NCBI GenBank assembly: GCA_016748015.1
Contig: JAAOMT010000301.1
Coordinates: 186,001 to 250,000, forward strand
DNA length: 64,000 bases
Direction: 5' to 3'
DNA from: Geosiphon pyriformis uo1
Taxonomy: Eukaryota > Fungi > Glomeromycota
Part shown: in pieces, positions 24,101-37,000 of the stretch
Numbering within the stretch: the stretch's first letter is position 1
Layout of the letters: every line of letters begins with the position of its first letter
Position numbers and translations under genes: made by a program
The notes under the pieces: model-generated
Database searches by the model: none
What the model was told of the DNA's origin: nothing
Seen by the model: only the letters and a program-made list of their open reading frames with translations

Positions 24101-26512
24101 GCTAGCAGAGGTTTAACACCAGCCAAAAAAAACTATAGAACACCAGAACAAGAACACTTAGCAATATACTGGGCCGTCATAAAATGAAAAAAATACTTAA
24201 GCCAGAAGTTTGAAGTATACACAGATCACAAGGGATTAACATCACTCCAAAAACAAGAATTTGGAGATGAAAAACAGTCAAGATGGAAAATAGCACTCGC
24301 ACCATACAATTATACTATACATTACAAAAAGAGAAAAGACAATGGAAATGCTGACAGTTTATCGCAAATAAGACAAATCTAAGAACATTTCAACCCAAAA
24401 ATATAATAAAACCAGAACAATACCAACGGAAAAATACAACAAAAAATGAACATACAAAAATATCAACAATTGCAACATTATCTAAACACTCAACAGTTCA
24501 AGGAGAATTTATCTCATATGGAACGAAGGAGTATCAAACACCAATCAAAATATTTCATCACTCACCAAAATATACTTTATCAAAAAAATAGAAGGGATCC
24601 AGATCAACCAACCAGAGTAATTATGGAGCCAGAAAAAGAGACAATATTATTCAACATGCACTTAAATCCAACAGCAGGACATTTTCACAAAGAAGCAACC
24701 ATGGAAAGAACTAGAAAAAGATACTATTGGCCATCAATATACCCAGACATCATTCAATATGTTCAAAATTGTGACACTTATCAGCGAAGAGGAGGAACAA
24801 GATCCAGTAAACCATTAAGACCAATTAAAGTGGAACAACCATTTGACTGTATGGGAATTGATTTAGTAGGACTATTAACAATCACCAGCAGAGGAAACAG
24901 ATACATAGCAGTAGCTATGGACTATCTCACTAAATGGCCAGAGGCAAAAGCAATTTAAAGAGCAGATGCAGAATCCGTTGCCAAATTCGTTAATTAGGAT
25001 TTGATTTGTCGACATGAATGTCCAAAAGAATTATTATCAGACCAAGAAACTCATTTTGTGAACAGAACCTTAACAGAATTAAGTCAAAGATTTGGAATCA
25101 AAAGACCATTATTATCACCATACCATCCACAAACCAACAGATTAGTAGAAAGATTCAATAGAACATTGTGTAAAGCAATAGCCAAGCTCAGCCAAGAAAA
25201 CCAGAACGATTGAGATTTGTTCATACTATCAGTACTATTTGCTTATCGGACAATGAAACAGGATACTACACAAGCAACACCATTTGAATTAGTATATGGG
25301 AGAATAGCAATATTACCAGTAGAGAGAGAAATTAATACATATCCAGCTGAACCAATAACAGAGGAAAATTTTCAAGAAACATTGCTGAAAAGAACATATG
25401 ACTTAATGGAAACATTGGAAAACAAACAAAAAAGAGCAGCTGATAATATCCAAAAGTCACAAAAAACACAGAAAAAAAGATATGATAGTCAACTATCAGA
25501 CAAACCAGTTGAATTCAAGATTGGAGACAAAGTATTACTATATCATACCAAAGCGGAAAAACAATGGAGTGGAAAATTTGACCCCAAATAGGATGGACCA
25601 TTTCACATAGAAGAAATTCTAGGAAATGGAGCTTACAAATTAAGACTGGATAACAAAATTTTAACCAAAGCAGCACATGGAGATTGACTGAAACCATATC
25701 ACAACATCATACTACAATCTACCAGTAATATTTCACAATTAGGAGTACAGAGAATACTAGTCCAACCAGATGAGATTCCACAAGATCTGGAACCAATCAT
25801 TATTATCAACAACAACACGTTAAATTGATCCATCAAAAGAATATATAAGGACATGGTAGACGTGACAGGAAATATCAGAAAAATGGAAATTACAGACAAT
25901 ATTTACTCACTAGCACAACAACTCTTTCAATTAATCCAACACCAGGAAATACAGATTACAATCAATCAACAAACCATTTGATATCAAGATACTAGAAAGA
26001 CATTTCAATTTAGAACACAGAAAAAAACTGAAAATACTGTAGACAAAATCATAGCAAAAGTAAAATTAGCAATAAAAGAATCGACAAAAGAGTCACTATA
26101 TCAAGAGTTGACTAAAGAAACTTGGTATTGGTGAATACAACAATTTCCACAAAACTATTGTTATTTTTACTTGGGACAACACGTAAATATCCAGAATCTA
26201 TATATGGATAAAATAAAGCGATTATTTGACAAAAAAACACTACAACAATTAGAACATTTTGTAAGAAAGAACAACTTATCCACACAAGCCCGAGCCATAT
26301 ACTGAATACACACTGCATTTCAAGATAAACTAGAAATATTGCTCAACAGAGCAATGGATATGGTGACCAGTAATCAATTGGGAAAAATCACCAATGCTCA
26401 ATTTGAAGAATTACAGACCCAAATAACACAAGTAATTCTTGAAAATGAAATCCAGGAAATACTTCAAGAGAGGGAATTACAGGAGTTAGATTTCAATAGA
26501 GCTCAATATTAA
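18125..26512 (+). pseudogene. Gypsy A gag-pol (probably one long ORF originally), broken by deamination-type stops and a few 1-bp indels
   Basis: Most fragments share one frame (18245, 18698, 19484, 21899, 23423, 24446, 25001, 25217) and run to TAA 26510-26512 next to the PPT. Confidence 0.88.
22157..22549 (+). pseudogene. Trimeric-type dUTPase domain within Gypsy Pol (between protease and RT)
   Basis: AGFNL (motif 1), SRSS (motif 2), GGIIDVEY (motif 3), IAQ (motif 4), RGIQGFGSTG (motif 5). Confidence 0.93.
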
Positions 26513-26526
26513 AAAGGAGGGAATAA
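26511..26526 (+). promoter_or_regulatory. Polypurine tract of Gypsy A
   Basis: AAAAAGGAGGGAATAA immediately before the 3' LTR start TGTT. Confidence 0.9.
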
Positions 26527-27376
26527 TGTTATTCATAGAAATATAGGAAATATATTAGCATAATTATTAGCCAATCAGAAATAAGCATAGTAAATGTAAA
26601 ATTCCAGGATTCCTCTCAGGAATTGCAGGATTCCAGAAATTTCAGGATTTCCAATGAGGAATTGCAAGATTCCAGAATTTCAGGATTCCTCTCAAAGAAA
26701 TTGCAGGATTCCTGTTGTGAAGAATCGAGGAATTGAGGAATCCCAATTATGTATATATAGCAGTAGTATTAGAAACAAAAAAGACAGAATCAATACCACA
26801 GAATCCTTAGCCTAGAAACGCAATCATCAAATAAATAATTATTTTATATCTTCATTCACTTCCCCACTATCAACCTTTCATATTGATAGTAATTAATACT
26901 TGACCACGCTAGAACAATAGCTCTTGATCATGGCTATTGATAGAATACTAATCTGCAAATCACCTTGGCTTATTTTTTTTCTTTCTTTATTTTCTTTTAT
27001 TTCTCTTTCTTTATTTTATTTTGATTTGTTGTTGTATACTAATTGATTAAAGATTAAGCACTAAGTTATTGACGTCAAGAATAGCCTGGTAAAAGACCCA
27101 AAAATAAGGGTAGGATTTTATATATTATTGGATAGCTTACCAGAAGGGCACGACTGCCAGAATAAATCCGGCCGTCAAGCTGAGAAAAAAATTGGGCATA
27201 ATTGCGACTCCAGAAAAACTACTACCATTACCACTGAATTTCTGTCCATTATACAAAGGACTCAACCAAAACCTTCAGATACAGCATCTTCAGAACAGCC
27301 TCAATAGAAGTAGCTTTTGAGCACCAAGTTATGGGTTTGTTATTTAATTTAACAGCAGAAATAATCACCTGTAACA
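26527..27376 (+). repeat. Gypsy A 3' LTR (850 bp)
   Basis: Direct repeat of 17241-18107; differences are almost all transitions plus repeat-unit indels. Confidence 0.97.
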
Positions 27377-27380
27377 ATGT

Positions 27381-27724
27381 AAACATAGGGTAGAAATAGA
27401 AAGAATAGGTTTGGTTGGTGATAACAGTTTGGTTTCAGATTTGTCATGTTGTGTTAAGTCTTTACTGTCAGAGAAAGTAGTTAGAATGCTTAATATCATC
27501 GAGTCTTTTATTGTTAGTTTTGGCCATCGTCAGCTCTGTCCTTTTTTCACAGGTTTAGATTGTGACTCTTGTGTTGTTTTAGGTATGTAGTGTTGTCTTG
27601 ACTGACCTGAGTGGTTAGCTACATGTATAAAATGTGTGAGTTGCATTTAGTGTTGACCACTTAGTTTGGCTGTATGTATTAAATAGTGGTTGGACTTCGC
27701 TCATTAAAAGCTTAATAAAAAAAA
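27381..27724 (+). mobile_element. LINE copy 2, 3' end (ORF2 C-terminus to stop 27590, 3' UTR, A tail)
   Basis: Homologous to 4030-4388 and to the reverse complement of 28610-28950; AATAAAAAAAA tail. Confidence 0.9.
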
Positions 27725-27726
27725 CC

Positions 27727-28118
27727 CCCAATTTTTAATTATAATTATTAATAAAATACTAATATTTTTTTTTGTTTTTTTTTTGTTTTTATTGTTGTTA
27801 TTAAACTAATTAATTGAAAAAATAAGTACTAAAATTATAATATTATAAATAATTTAATAAAAAACATAAAACAAAAGCATATAATTAACTTATAACAAAT
27901 TAAATAATTTATTAAAAAAATAAAAATTCAAAAATAAATAAATTATTATATTAAAAAAGTAAAACACTAAATATTAAAAACCATTAATATTTAAATTTTT
28001 GTTTTTTATATAAAGAATTTAATTCATAAAAATTTTTAATTTGCCAAAATTTTCAAATAATATATTTAATTTATAATATTAAATTATAAAACATAACTTA
28101 ATATATCTATTTATAATA
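27727..28118 (+). repeat. 3' half of the ghost Gypsy 3' LTR (split by LINE copy 2)
   Basis: aatttttaattataattattaataaaatactaat is the decayed form of agctcttgatcatggctattgacggaatactaat. It is followed by the poly-T tract and actaattaatt, and ends ctatttataata (decayed cacctgtaaca). Confidence 0.72.
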
Positions 28119-28606
28119 TTGGTTATGAATTTTTATTTTTTTATTAAATTAATATTTGTTGTAATTATAATAATTTAAATGATTATATTTAATATATGAT
28201 TTAAAATTAAAATTAAAAATAATAAATATATATATATATTAATTATTATTAAAACAATTATAGATAATATAATTATAATTATTAATATTGTTTTTATAAA
28301 ATTTTAAATTTGTAAATTAAAGTCTAATATTAATAATTAAAATTTCTGTATTTTTTTAAATAATTAATTATAAATAAAAATTAACTTTAATATTGAAAAA
28401 ATTAATATATATTTATGTATTAGTTAAGTATTTTTTTATTTTTTAGACAATAAATTTTGCCAAAATATTTTAATTTGGTATCTAATTTAAATAATTTATT
28501 TATTATTAAATTAATAGTTTAAATATAATTTGCTTTTGCTTAATTAATTTAGAATTTTTGGCCAATATAATAACTGCTTAAAAATTATTAAAATACAATA
28601 TTTAAA

Positions 28607-31064
28607 ATTTTTATTTTTTTTTATTTTTTTTAATGAGTAAGGTCCAAACACTACCTAGTGCTATATATCAAAGAAATAATCTAAACTAGGCATGAATCAT
28701 GTATTTTCTACATATGACCAGCCACTTGGGCTGATCAGAACAACACTATACAGCTATGTAAACTGAAACTGAGTTACTTATATCTGAAAAAAACAAACAA
28801 GATTTGCAAAAGCCAAAATGAACACCAAAAGCATCAGCAATGCCAAGCAATTTAACCATCCCAGCTGACAATCCTGAGACCAAACCAGAAACTGAGATGA
28901 AAACTGAACTGTTGAGAGAAATTAAACCATTCTTTTCCATAAAAACACAATGTTTAGCACAAACAGACCAGACATTATTTCTAAAATCAAGACTAAGAGA
29001 GCACACAAATTTGACAATTTTCAAACCAGCAATCTTGAGATCTTGAAAAACAGTGACCATCTTGTAAAACCAATCATTAAAAACAAAACCCTTATAAAGA
29101 GCCATAGACAAAGAGAAGTCAGAAACACATAAAAACAACAGTTGTAGTATGCCCAAAGAAGAATGAAAAAGACCAGAAACCGCCTTCTAAGAGTCCAGAT
29201 AGAATTCCAACAACTGATATCGGACAGAATCATTAATCTTGTAAGAGAACACATGATCCGATGTCTCCACATCACCACAATATAAGCACAACACACTTAG
29301 ATATAGTCTATTATACAAGCACTTCCAAACAGCAACTGGCAGCCAGTAGTGTAAAGCCTTCATAAAATAAGTATGTGCATTAACTGAGAGTTTGCTGGTA
29401 AACCAACAGCCATGTACAAGTTAGGGTGCTAAACTAAAGAAGAACGGAGCCAGTTAATCTCAGAAAGCAAACCATCTGCCAAAAACTTGGAACCAAAACC
29501 AATCTCCCAGTGCACACGAAAGACCGAATGATAAATATTATGTATAAAGTGTCTAGAATTGTCAGAAACCATACTACTATCAGCCATTATGAAGTGTTCA
29601 CCCAGATAAGAAGGAAGATACCAATTAGAGAGAGAAGTGTTACCAGCAATTATGTCAGCATGCTCATTTTCTGAAACACCAGAGTGGTCTTTAACCTTAT
29701 GCCAGCTGACTTTCAAATTTTTACTGTAAATAATATTGACAATATGATAACATTCAACCCAATACTGATTACAAAAGTCAGGACACTCCAAATCCAATTC
29801 AGACTTATAGGCATCCAGCACAGATTAACTATCTGAAAACAATTTAACAGAGCTCAGTAGGGGAATACTCTCCAGAGCCAGTGCAATAGCCTACAACTCC
29901 ACCAAAGTGGATGACATTAAACCTAACACAACAATATCCAAATCCAAATAAATATTTTCGAAAAAAGTGGCAATGCCAACTCTATAACCAACTGTGTTCA
30001 GGTTACTAAGGAACTCATCTGTATATACTGACAAACTGTTAGCACCAGCTTGTGAGAGATAATTACAGACAAAAGCAAAATCATTAGATTCAAGAATGTT
30101 CAAAGAACTAACACCATTCAAAACTGAGGGATGAATAAGAGAGAAACCTTTACCAATGAGAAATACAACAGAAAGCTTGAACTACTCAAAAACAGAGCCA
30201 TGAGAGTCTAATCTTTTCTAATGCTTAAAGGTGTGCCAATCAAAAACAGAACCATAATGATCACAAAGTTGATTCACAAAGACAATACCATACTGTCAGA
30301 GAGAAGAAAAAAACCTGAGAAACTGTAACTCATTCAGAACAGCAGACATAGGGACCCTACCATGAAACCAAAAGGGATTGGCCAAAGAGCTGCCCAGAGA
30401 CAAATTGCAATCAAGAAGAATGCGAACCATGTCTACAAGAAAGTTATTGGAAGCACTGACACAAATATGCACAAGAGAACTTAATAGATAAGCAGAGTGC
30501 CAGCATAGAACCTGCAAGTCATGGGATCTGTGAGAGAACAAACAACCCAGGATGCCACCCAAGTTTGCAAAACTAACAAGAGAGACTATCTTGCCCTCAG
30601 ACTGAACTTGAAAAAAAGATTTCAAACCATAAAAGAAAGGATAATGAATTGTATTACTAGAAAAATTGAGAGGTAGGCTAGATTTAAACTTCAAGCCCTT
30701 TCAAATCAAAGCATCCTATTTGTTGCACATACTAACAGGAACAAAGTTGAACTGTGTTCTATAACTAACTATAGGATGAAGAACTGCCAATACCAAATAT
30801 AAGAACTGCTTATCTGAGACAGCTTTTTTCAGGACCAGATTGGTAAAAAAACAAATGTCTGAATTTGCTTTCACTAAACTAGACTTTGAAAAACCTTCAG
30901 TTAAGAGAAAAATACCCAGATATTAATGAGATTCACTCTTTTTGGCAATGGAGATTGGCAAGCCACTGATAAAAAGAGAAGAAGTACTGACTCTGCTATT
31001 GATAGGAATGACCACTGTCTTGTTATTATTGATAGAAATATCATTTATCTGAAAAAATTCACTT
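28607..31064 (-). mobile_element. LINE copy 3, 5'-truncated within RT; RNase H, Cys motif, 3' UTR, A tail
   Basis: Minus-strand VYTDEFL, WHKVKDHSGVSENEHAD, FGVHFGFCKSCLFF; poly-T on the + strand at 28607-28631; homology ends at SEFFQINDISIN (~31064). Confidence 0.92.
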
Positions 31065-33290
31065 GAATAAAATTATTATTTATTAGCTAAATTTCTTAAG
31101 AGAATAATTTTTAATTAAGATTATTTATATTATTATTAATTAATAAAAACTTTATTGTAAGAATTAAGAAAAACACTAAAAATTATTAATATTTTGTATT
31201 TTTAAATTAAAAAAACACATTAAATAATTGTAAAAATAATTTTAAAAAAGATCTTAAAATAGTAAGTAAATTTTAGTTTAGTTTCTGAAAAGAAATACAT
31301 AAATATAATAATTAAAAATTAAAAAATAATTTATATTACAGTATTAAAAAAAAAGTTTTTAATATGAATATTAATATTATCATACAAATAAAATTAAGAA
31401 ACTTATAAAAAATTAATTGCAATTAAAATATAATATTAATATTTAATATATTAAGAAAACTATTTTATAATAACATATATATATTTTATTTTTTGTAATA
31501 AAAATAATTTTGTAAAATTTAATTATAAAGTTATTAAAAAATTTTGACAACAAAATTATTAAAGTTCATTTAAAATATTTTGAAAAACCAATGTTTTTTT
31601 TGTTTTTATAAATAATATATAAAACAACATTGTAAAAATATTTAAATTTAAGCAATTTATTATTTAAATTATTTACAAAAAATTTTTCCAAAAATGTATT
31701 GTCAAATTAAATAAATTATAATTTAAAATTACTTTACTACAGTAATTAAAATTAAGATACAACTTACAAAAACATATTTTAAAATTAAAATAAATAAACA
31801 GATTATTTGTAATAAATTTTTTAAGCTTAATTATATATAACTGTTTTATTAAAACATATATTTCTATTTACTGAATAAATAAAATAAAACCAATTAATAT
31901 AAACTTAAAATTATTTTAATTATAATAACACAAAATAATATTTTTAAATAAAACAACTTTATAAATATTTTAAAATACTTGTTTAACTTGATTTTATTTA
32001 GATAAACTTATTATATTAATAATAAAATATTTATTTAAACTTTATATGTAAAGTACAATTTATGTATATAAAAAAGTTAGAATATATATCTTTATAAAAA
32101 ATAATATTTTTATTATAAAATTCTTAATAAAAATTTATATTATAATACAACTAATATATATGAACAACAATATTGGATTTTTTAATATAATAATAATTTA
32201 AAGCATATTTTAAAAATTTTTTACATAAATCTTGAAATATAATTATTAATTATATTTTATTTTGGCCATTATATAGTCTAAATTTCAATTCAATTAAGAA
32301 TATTTAGACTATTTTTAAATAAAATATTGAAAAAAAAGTTAAAACAATAATAATACACAAAAAAAAAAAATTTTTAAATAATTTTTATTACAATAGTAGA
32401 AAAAAAATAGAATAATCTGTTTAATAAAGCTATTTTTAACTATATTATTAATATGCAAAATTGAATTTAAAATTGAATTAGTATAAAAAAAAAACATATT
32501 AAATATAAATTTTTTATATATAAATTTTTTACTTATATATTTATTAAATATTAAAATTTAAACAAATATTATTATGTATAAAAAAAATAAAAATAAAAAA
32601 ATACTTTACTATTACTTTTTAGAAAAACTATAAAACAAAAAAAAAATTATTATTATTATTTTAATTTTTAAAATATTAATATAAAAAAATAAAATACTAA
32701 ATATTAAAAAACTGTTTTTTTGCAATGTTATTTTTTAAGATTACAAATCAATTTGTATTTATATTTATTTTACATAATAAATTGTATTGATTTGTTAATT
32801 ATTTTTAATTTTAATAATCTATTAATTATGTTATTTTTTAATTGTTTATTAATATATATAAATATTTTTATTGCTAGTTTTTGTTTTTTGGTCTTATTAT
32901 TTTATAATATAATAAAATATAACATTAATTTCAGTTATTTAATAAAAAAATAACACAAATAAATACAATATATAATATAATTTAATTATTATGTAATATT
33001 TTGTTTTATATGTATATAAATACCAGTTAGATTATATTTAATTCAAATTTTTTTGTTATATTTGTATTTTTTATTTTAAAAATATAATATAATATAATTT
33101 TGTTGTTATATTTTTGCTTCAATAGTAACATTTTACAAAATAATATTTAAAAACTGGGTAATAAAATGTGGTTGATAAAATTATAGTAATTTTTATACAG
33201 CATATTTTTGTTTTTTTACTTTATTAAATTTTGAAAAAATATTTTTTATTTGTAATATTTTTAATGGTAAAAAAATCCATGTTTATTTAT
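31065..33290. other. Extremely AT-rich tract, probably a terminally decayed repeat of unresolved family
   Basis: Composition and residual GT/AC bias resemble the demonstrable ghost at 8.6-10.6 kb; no alignment found by eye. Confidence 0.5.
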
Positions 33291-33432
33291 TTTGAAAAAG
33301 ATGGACCCGAGTAATTAACACAAGATCTCAACATAAAGAATAAAAATTCGCATAATTATTTAAATTTATTAGCTACTTCTGATACTACATAAAACTCTCA
33401 GTATCATCGAACTTGTAGAAGCTAGTATAGAG

Positions 33433-33907
33433 ATGGGAGGCTCAAACCTCGAACTATTCAAGGTAAAACATATTCGTTTGGGTTCCTAAAACAATTAAAA
33501 ATCACAAGTTATCTGATATAATTTTTTATCCATCATTTTGTTTAGTTTGGATTATACGTTTTCTTCCCGATAGTCACAATGTATTACGTTGGGGGTCCGG
33601 AATTTTATGAGAAACACGTTAAAGGGGTAGGTCATTTAGAGCAATATCATTGTCTTCTTAATATGACAACTAATTGTCACGCACAACCAGACCAAATTCT
33701 GGCCGCCTCCTGAACAAACAAATGTGAGTCATTATTATGTGATGAAATTTATCTACAGATATACGATTCTATTCAAAGATTTTTATATAGAATCCTCCTC
33801 GTTCTGCGGAAGATCTACTGATTGAACTTGAAAAATATAAGGCGAAGCAGGCAACAAAACGTGTAGCAGGTTCCAAAGTACAAGCCGCTGCCACAAATCT
33901 TGATTGA
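33433..33907 (+). CDS. PET100: Cytochrome c oxidase assembly factor Pet100 (86 aa); exons 33433-33462, 33546-33626, 33691-33723, 33791-33907
   Basis: Spliced MGGSNLELFKFGLYVFFPIVTMYYVGGPEFYEKHVKGTKFWPPPEQTNNPPRSAEDLLIELEKYKAKQATKRVAGSKVQAAATNLD*. Three phase-0 GT-AG introns. LExFKFGxYxxFP and FWP are typical of the family. Confidence 0.9.
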
Positions 33908-34063
33908 TAATGATATTAGTCAATTTAAAATGCTTGAATTTAAGTCGACTACGAACATAAGATGCAATTAGTTACAGTCTGGAAGCAACTTTTGAAGAAG
34001 TACGATTATACACAATAGTCAATTATATCTGCATATTAAGGTAAAAAGAATGGTTTCGATAAT

Positions 34064-37000
34064 TCATTCAGGCGCATTAGAGTCCAAAAGAGTCAAAAGA
34101 TGTGGTGTGTTGGGCATCTGAACATAACCAACTTTTTTCCCCTCCGTGTTAGAAATCAGACTTCCCTCCGATGTTCCTGTTGCATCCAAATCCACAGTCA
34201 AGCGCCATCTATTGAGGTCGTATATCCCAGGTTGAGTAAAGCAAGCCTTAGCCACTATTTTGAACTCTTCTTTAGGGGATAGCAACCCGTATTTGTAGGT
34301 TGTCCCAGTCCAATGAAAAATATTTGTGTGTAAAGATTTTTGTGAAACACTGAAGGTAATAATATAAGAGTTTCATTATTGTTATTTAGCTCGAAATTCT
34401 CAGATTCATTGAAAAATATTTTCATCCCTACCTTCGAACAAGTGCATTCTCGTCGAATGAGAGTAATTCAAGATTGAAATTAACATGTTTACTCCACGAG
34501 CAGTTTTTTATTAAAATTATGATAGGAAGAACACACAGACTAATGAATAGAAAAAACAAGCCACAGTTAAGATGGTGAATGGAAATGTAGAATACAATAA
34601 CACATATATAATTGCTCTTTACCATTTTGTCCAAAAATCATGGTGATGTATATCAGCACATTTTAATGAAAGTTTTAATGGACTTTCATCTTTGAAATGT
34701 TTGTTTTTTAATAAACTGTTGATAAGCAGTGTACGTTCTCGAAAAGTTTGCTCGAATAAAGCTCGATTAGGAGGAGTAATGGATAAAAGATCCTTCACTT
34801 GAAAAGGATTTTGTTGTAATCCAAGGTTAATTCCAATTATATAATGATGCCCTTGTCGCTGCAGATTAGGTATGTTCCAGTATAATGAAAGATCGACATC
34901 GTTGGTAGTGTATAAGGTGAAAATTTCTTGATGCAATTTTGGTGATACAGCAGGGAATTGGTTTATTAACGTGTTGATTCGCCATTGAACTCGCGAATTA
35001 ACCGAGAATCCCTCAAGGGGTTTCGATATATTGGTGATAATCCGTTTAGTCTGCGGAAGAGCACAAAAATTCGGCGTTGAGTTCATCATTAATTAGAAAA
35101 TTCAAAAAGTAATCTTGCCTTTATCTTACAAAGGGTAAATTGGTCACCACAAGTTCAATTGGGGATGGCTCGACTTTTGAAGTGTCATTTCCCGATAAAA
35201 TTCTTTGCAGAGCTTTTTTGCTAAATTGTTCAGGTTTCAAGCCATCAACATTGTGAATATTTTCTAATTTGCTGATTCGATAATAGGTGAAGATCGTCTG
35301 ACGGGGAGCTATCAAAAGCTTGGAATTATGGTTATCCCTATCAAAAAGCAAGTCATAAAAGAACCCTGAAGAATATGGATCGGAATTATAAAAATGCATA
35401 GAAGTTACCCATTAATCATATTGATAGGTGATATTGACCAAGCTGGACTTATCGACGAAATTTGAGTAAGCTGAAAATCCGCAGAATGTTGTAAATTTTC
35501 GGCCTAAATAAGATAATAATATTCCAAATCGAGTTACGCAATTTCTGGTAATAATGCAACATGTAGAAGAAACTAAAGCAAGATAGTTCGCTAAATCAAC
35601 TAGTCTTAGAAGGTAGCCTTGACAGCTGGTATGTAGAAGCTCAACAATTTAGCGAGTACCTCAATTCCCAAGATAAATTCATTTAATCCACTGGTACTAG
35701 GGCGGGTAAATGCATTAATTTTTAGTGAGGGCAGAACTTGCGTTGTGACAAAATATCGAAGGCTACGATATTTCATAGCAGCGTTCTCATCCTAGAGGAG
35801 ACAAATTTTGATCTTAAGTTGGAGAAGCATACAAGTAGAGGAAAAATAAAGATGATCCAGGGAGATACCTCTGACTGGTAAGTAAATAAGAATCGAAACA
35901 TGTGTTTTCCAATCCGGTCTCCACGAATCCAGATGGGAATTAATGTTGTCTTGCCAGGAGCCAACATAAATAAAGGTTTATTGGCATCAGTGTTCTCTCG
36001 AGGAGGTAAGGGGATATTCATTATACTAGAGTTAAAAAGCTGATTTCTAATGATCAACTTCTCCGTGAATATTTCAGAGTTTGGTGACTCGACAACGTCT
36101 AGCTCGCTATCTAATACAAGATATCGATTTGAAAGATGGAAATATATATTGAGACACATGCTCGAACACAAGGGCGTAAGCATGCATATCTAAACTCACC
36201 GTATACTGTTTTTTCCAACATTTCGGAATTGCCCACGCAAAAAAAGCTTGGATGGCTCATCTTTACTTGCAAATCAGTCATCCCGGTCTGGCCCTTATTG
36301 TTTACCTCTAGAACAACTGGGGTAACCTCACCGGATAAAAGCATTTCAGGAAAAGAATGAAACGCAACTTCCAGTAGTGGCATAGGTGATGTGATCAAGA
36401 GTTCTAAAGAACGGTCATGTGCGTAGAGCGTGTTCATCCGATGTTCTTTTGTCTCGTTTAATCGCTTTCCTTTCTTTGAGAATTTTCTAAGGCCCGGAAC
36501 AACAGAGTTTAAGCTATAATGTATCCCTAGAATTTTAATCATGCCTTCTTTTTTCGGCGTGACCCGTAGTGAAAGCTATAACAAATTGATGAATGAATAT
36601 ATTGGAAATAATTATAACATAAAAATGAACTCATACCTTTCTTTTTTCAGAACCTTCAAGAGGTATTTCCGAAATTGTCTCTAATTCAAATGCTTCATGG
36701 CTATTAAATCGAGATTCTTGTATTTGCGTTGCCCCTTCTAACTCATCTACCCGATGAGATAAATTTTCTGAAAGGTTTGGCAATGACTCGTATTCACATT
36801 CAAGAATGAGATCAGTAACGCTAATTTGAATTTGCATTGGATTGTAGAGATCCAACTGTACAAAAAAAGGTTCTATGAAGGTACAAGAATATTTCTCAAT
36901 GTAAAAGCAAAGTGGAAAGTTCGAAACATGAAAGAAAGAGCGGGCTCGTACCTCCAACAGCACATACGATTTCTGGATTCTCTTTGGAGGTAGGAAAGAG

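Larger units (their letters stand above)
17241..27376 (+). mobile_element. Gypsy A: full-length Ty3/Gypsy LTR retrotransposon (~10.1 kb) with dUTPase; least decayed copy; 4-bp TSD ATGT
   Basis: TG...CA LTRs; ATGT at 17237-17240 and 27377-27380. Domain order: gag CCHC (CHYCGNQGHIQIDC), PR (LDSGS), dUTPase, RT (YLDD), RNase H (TDTS..ALGAVLSQ), IN (HHCC remnant, GIDLVG, SDQ, HPQTN..ERFN, GPF). Confidence 0.97.

Noticed and set aside
25853-26512. Separate env-like ORF3 after pol
   Set aside because: It is in frame with integrase, separated only by CGA>TGA-type stops, and lacks a signal peptide or TM segment; reported instead as a Pol extension.
32720-32953. Hydrophobic 77-aa ORF and similar F/L/I/N/K-rich ORFs (40081-40413, 41137-41331, 42703-42888)
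   Set aside because: Compositional artefacts of roughly 90% AT or decayed repeat DNA, with no family motifs.
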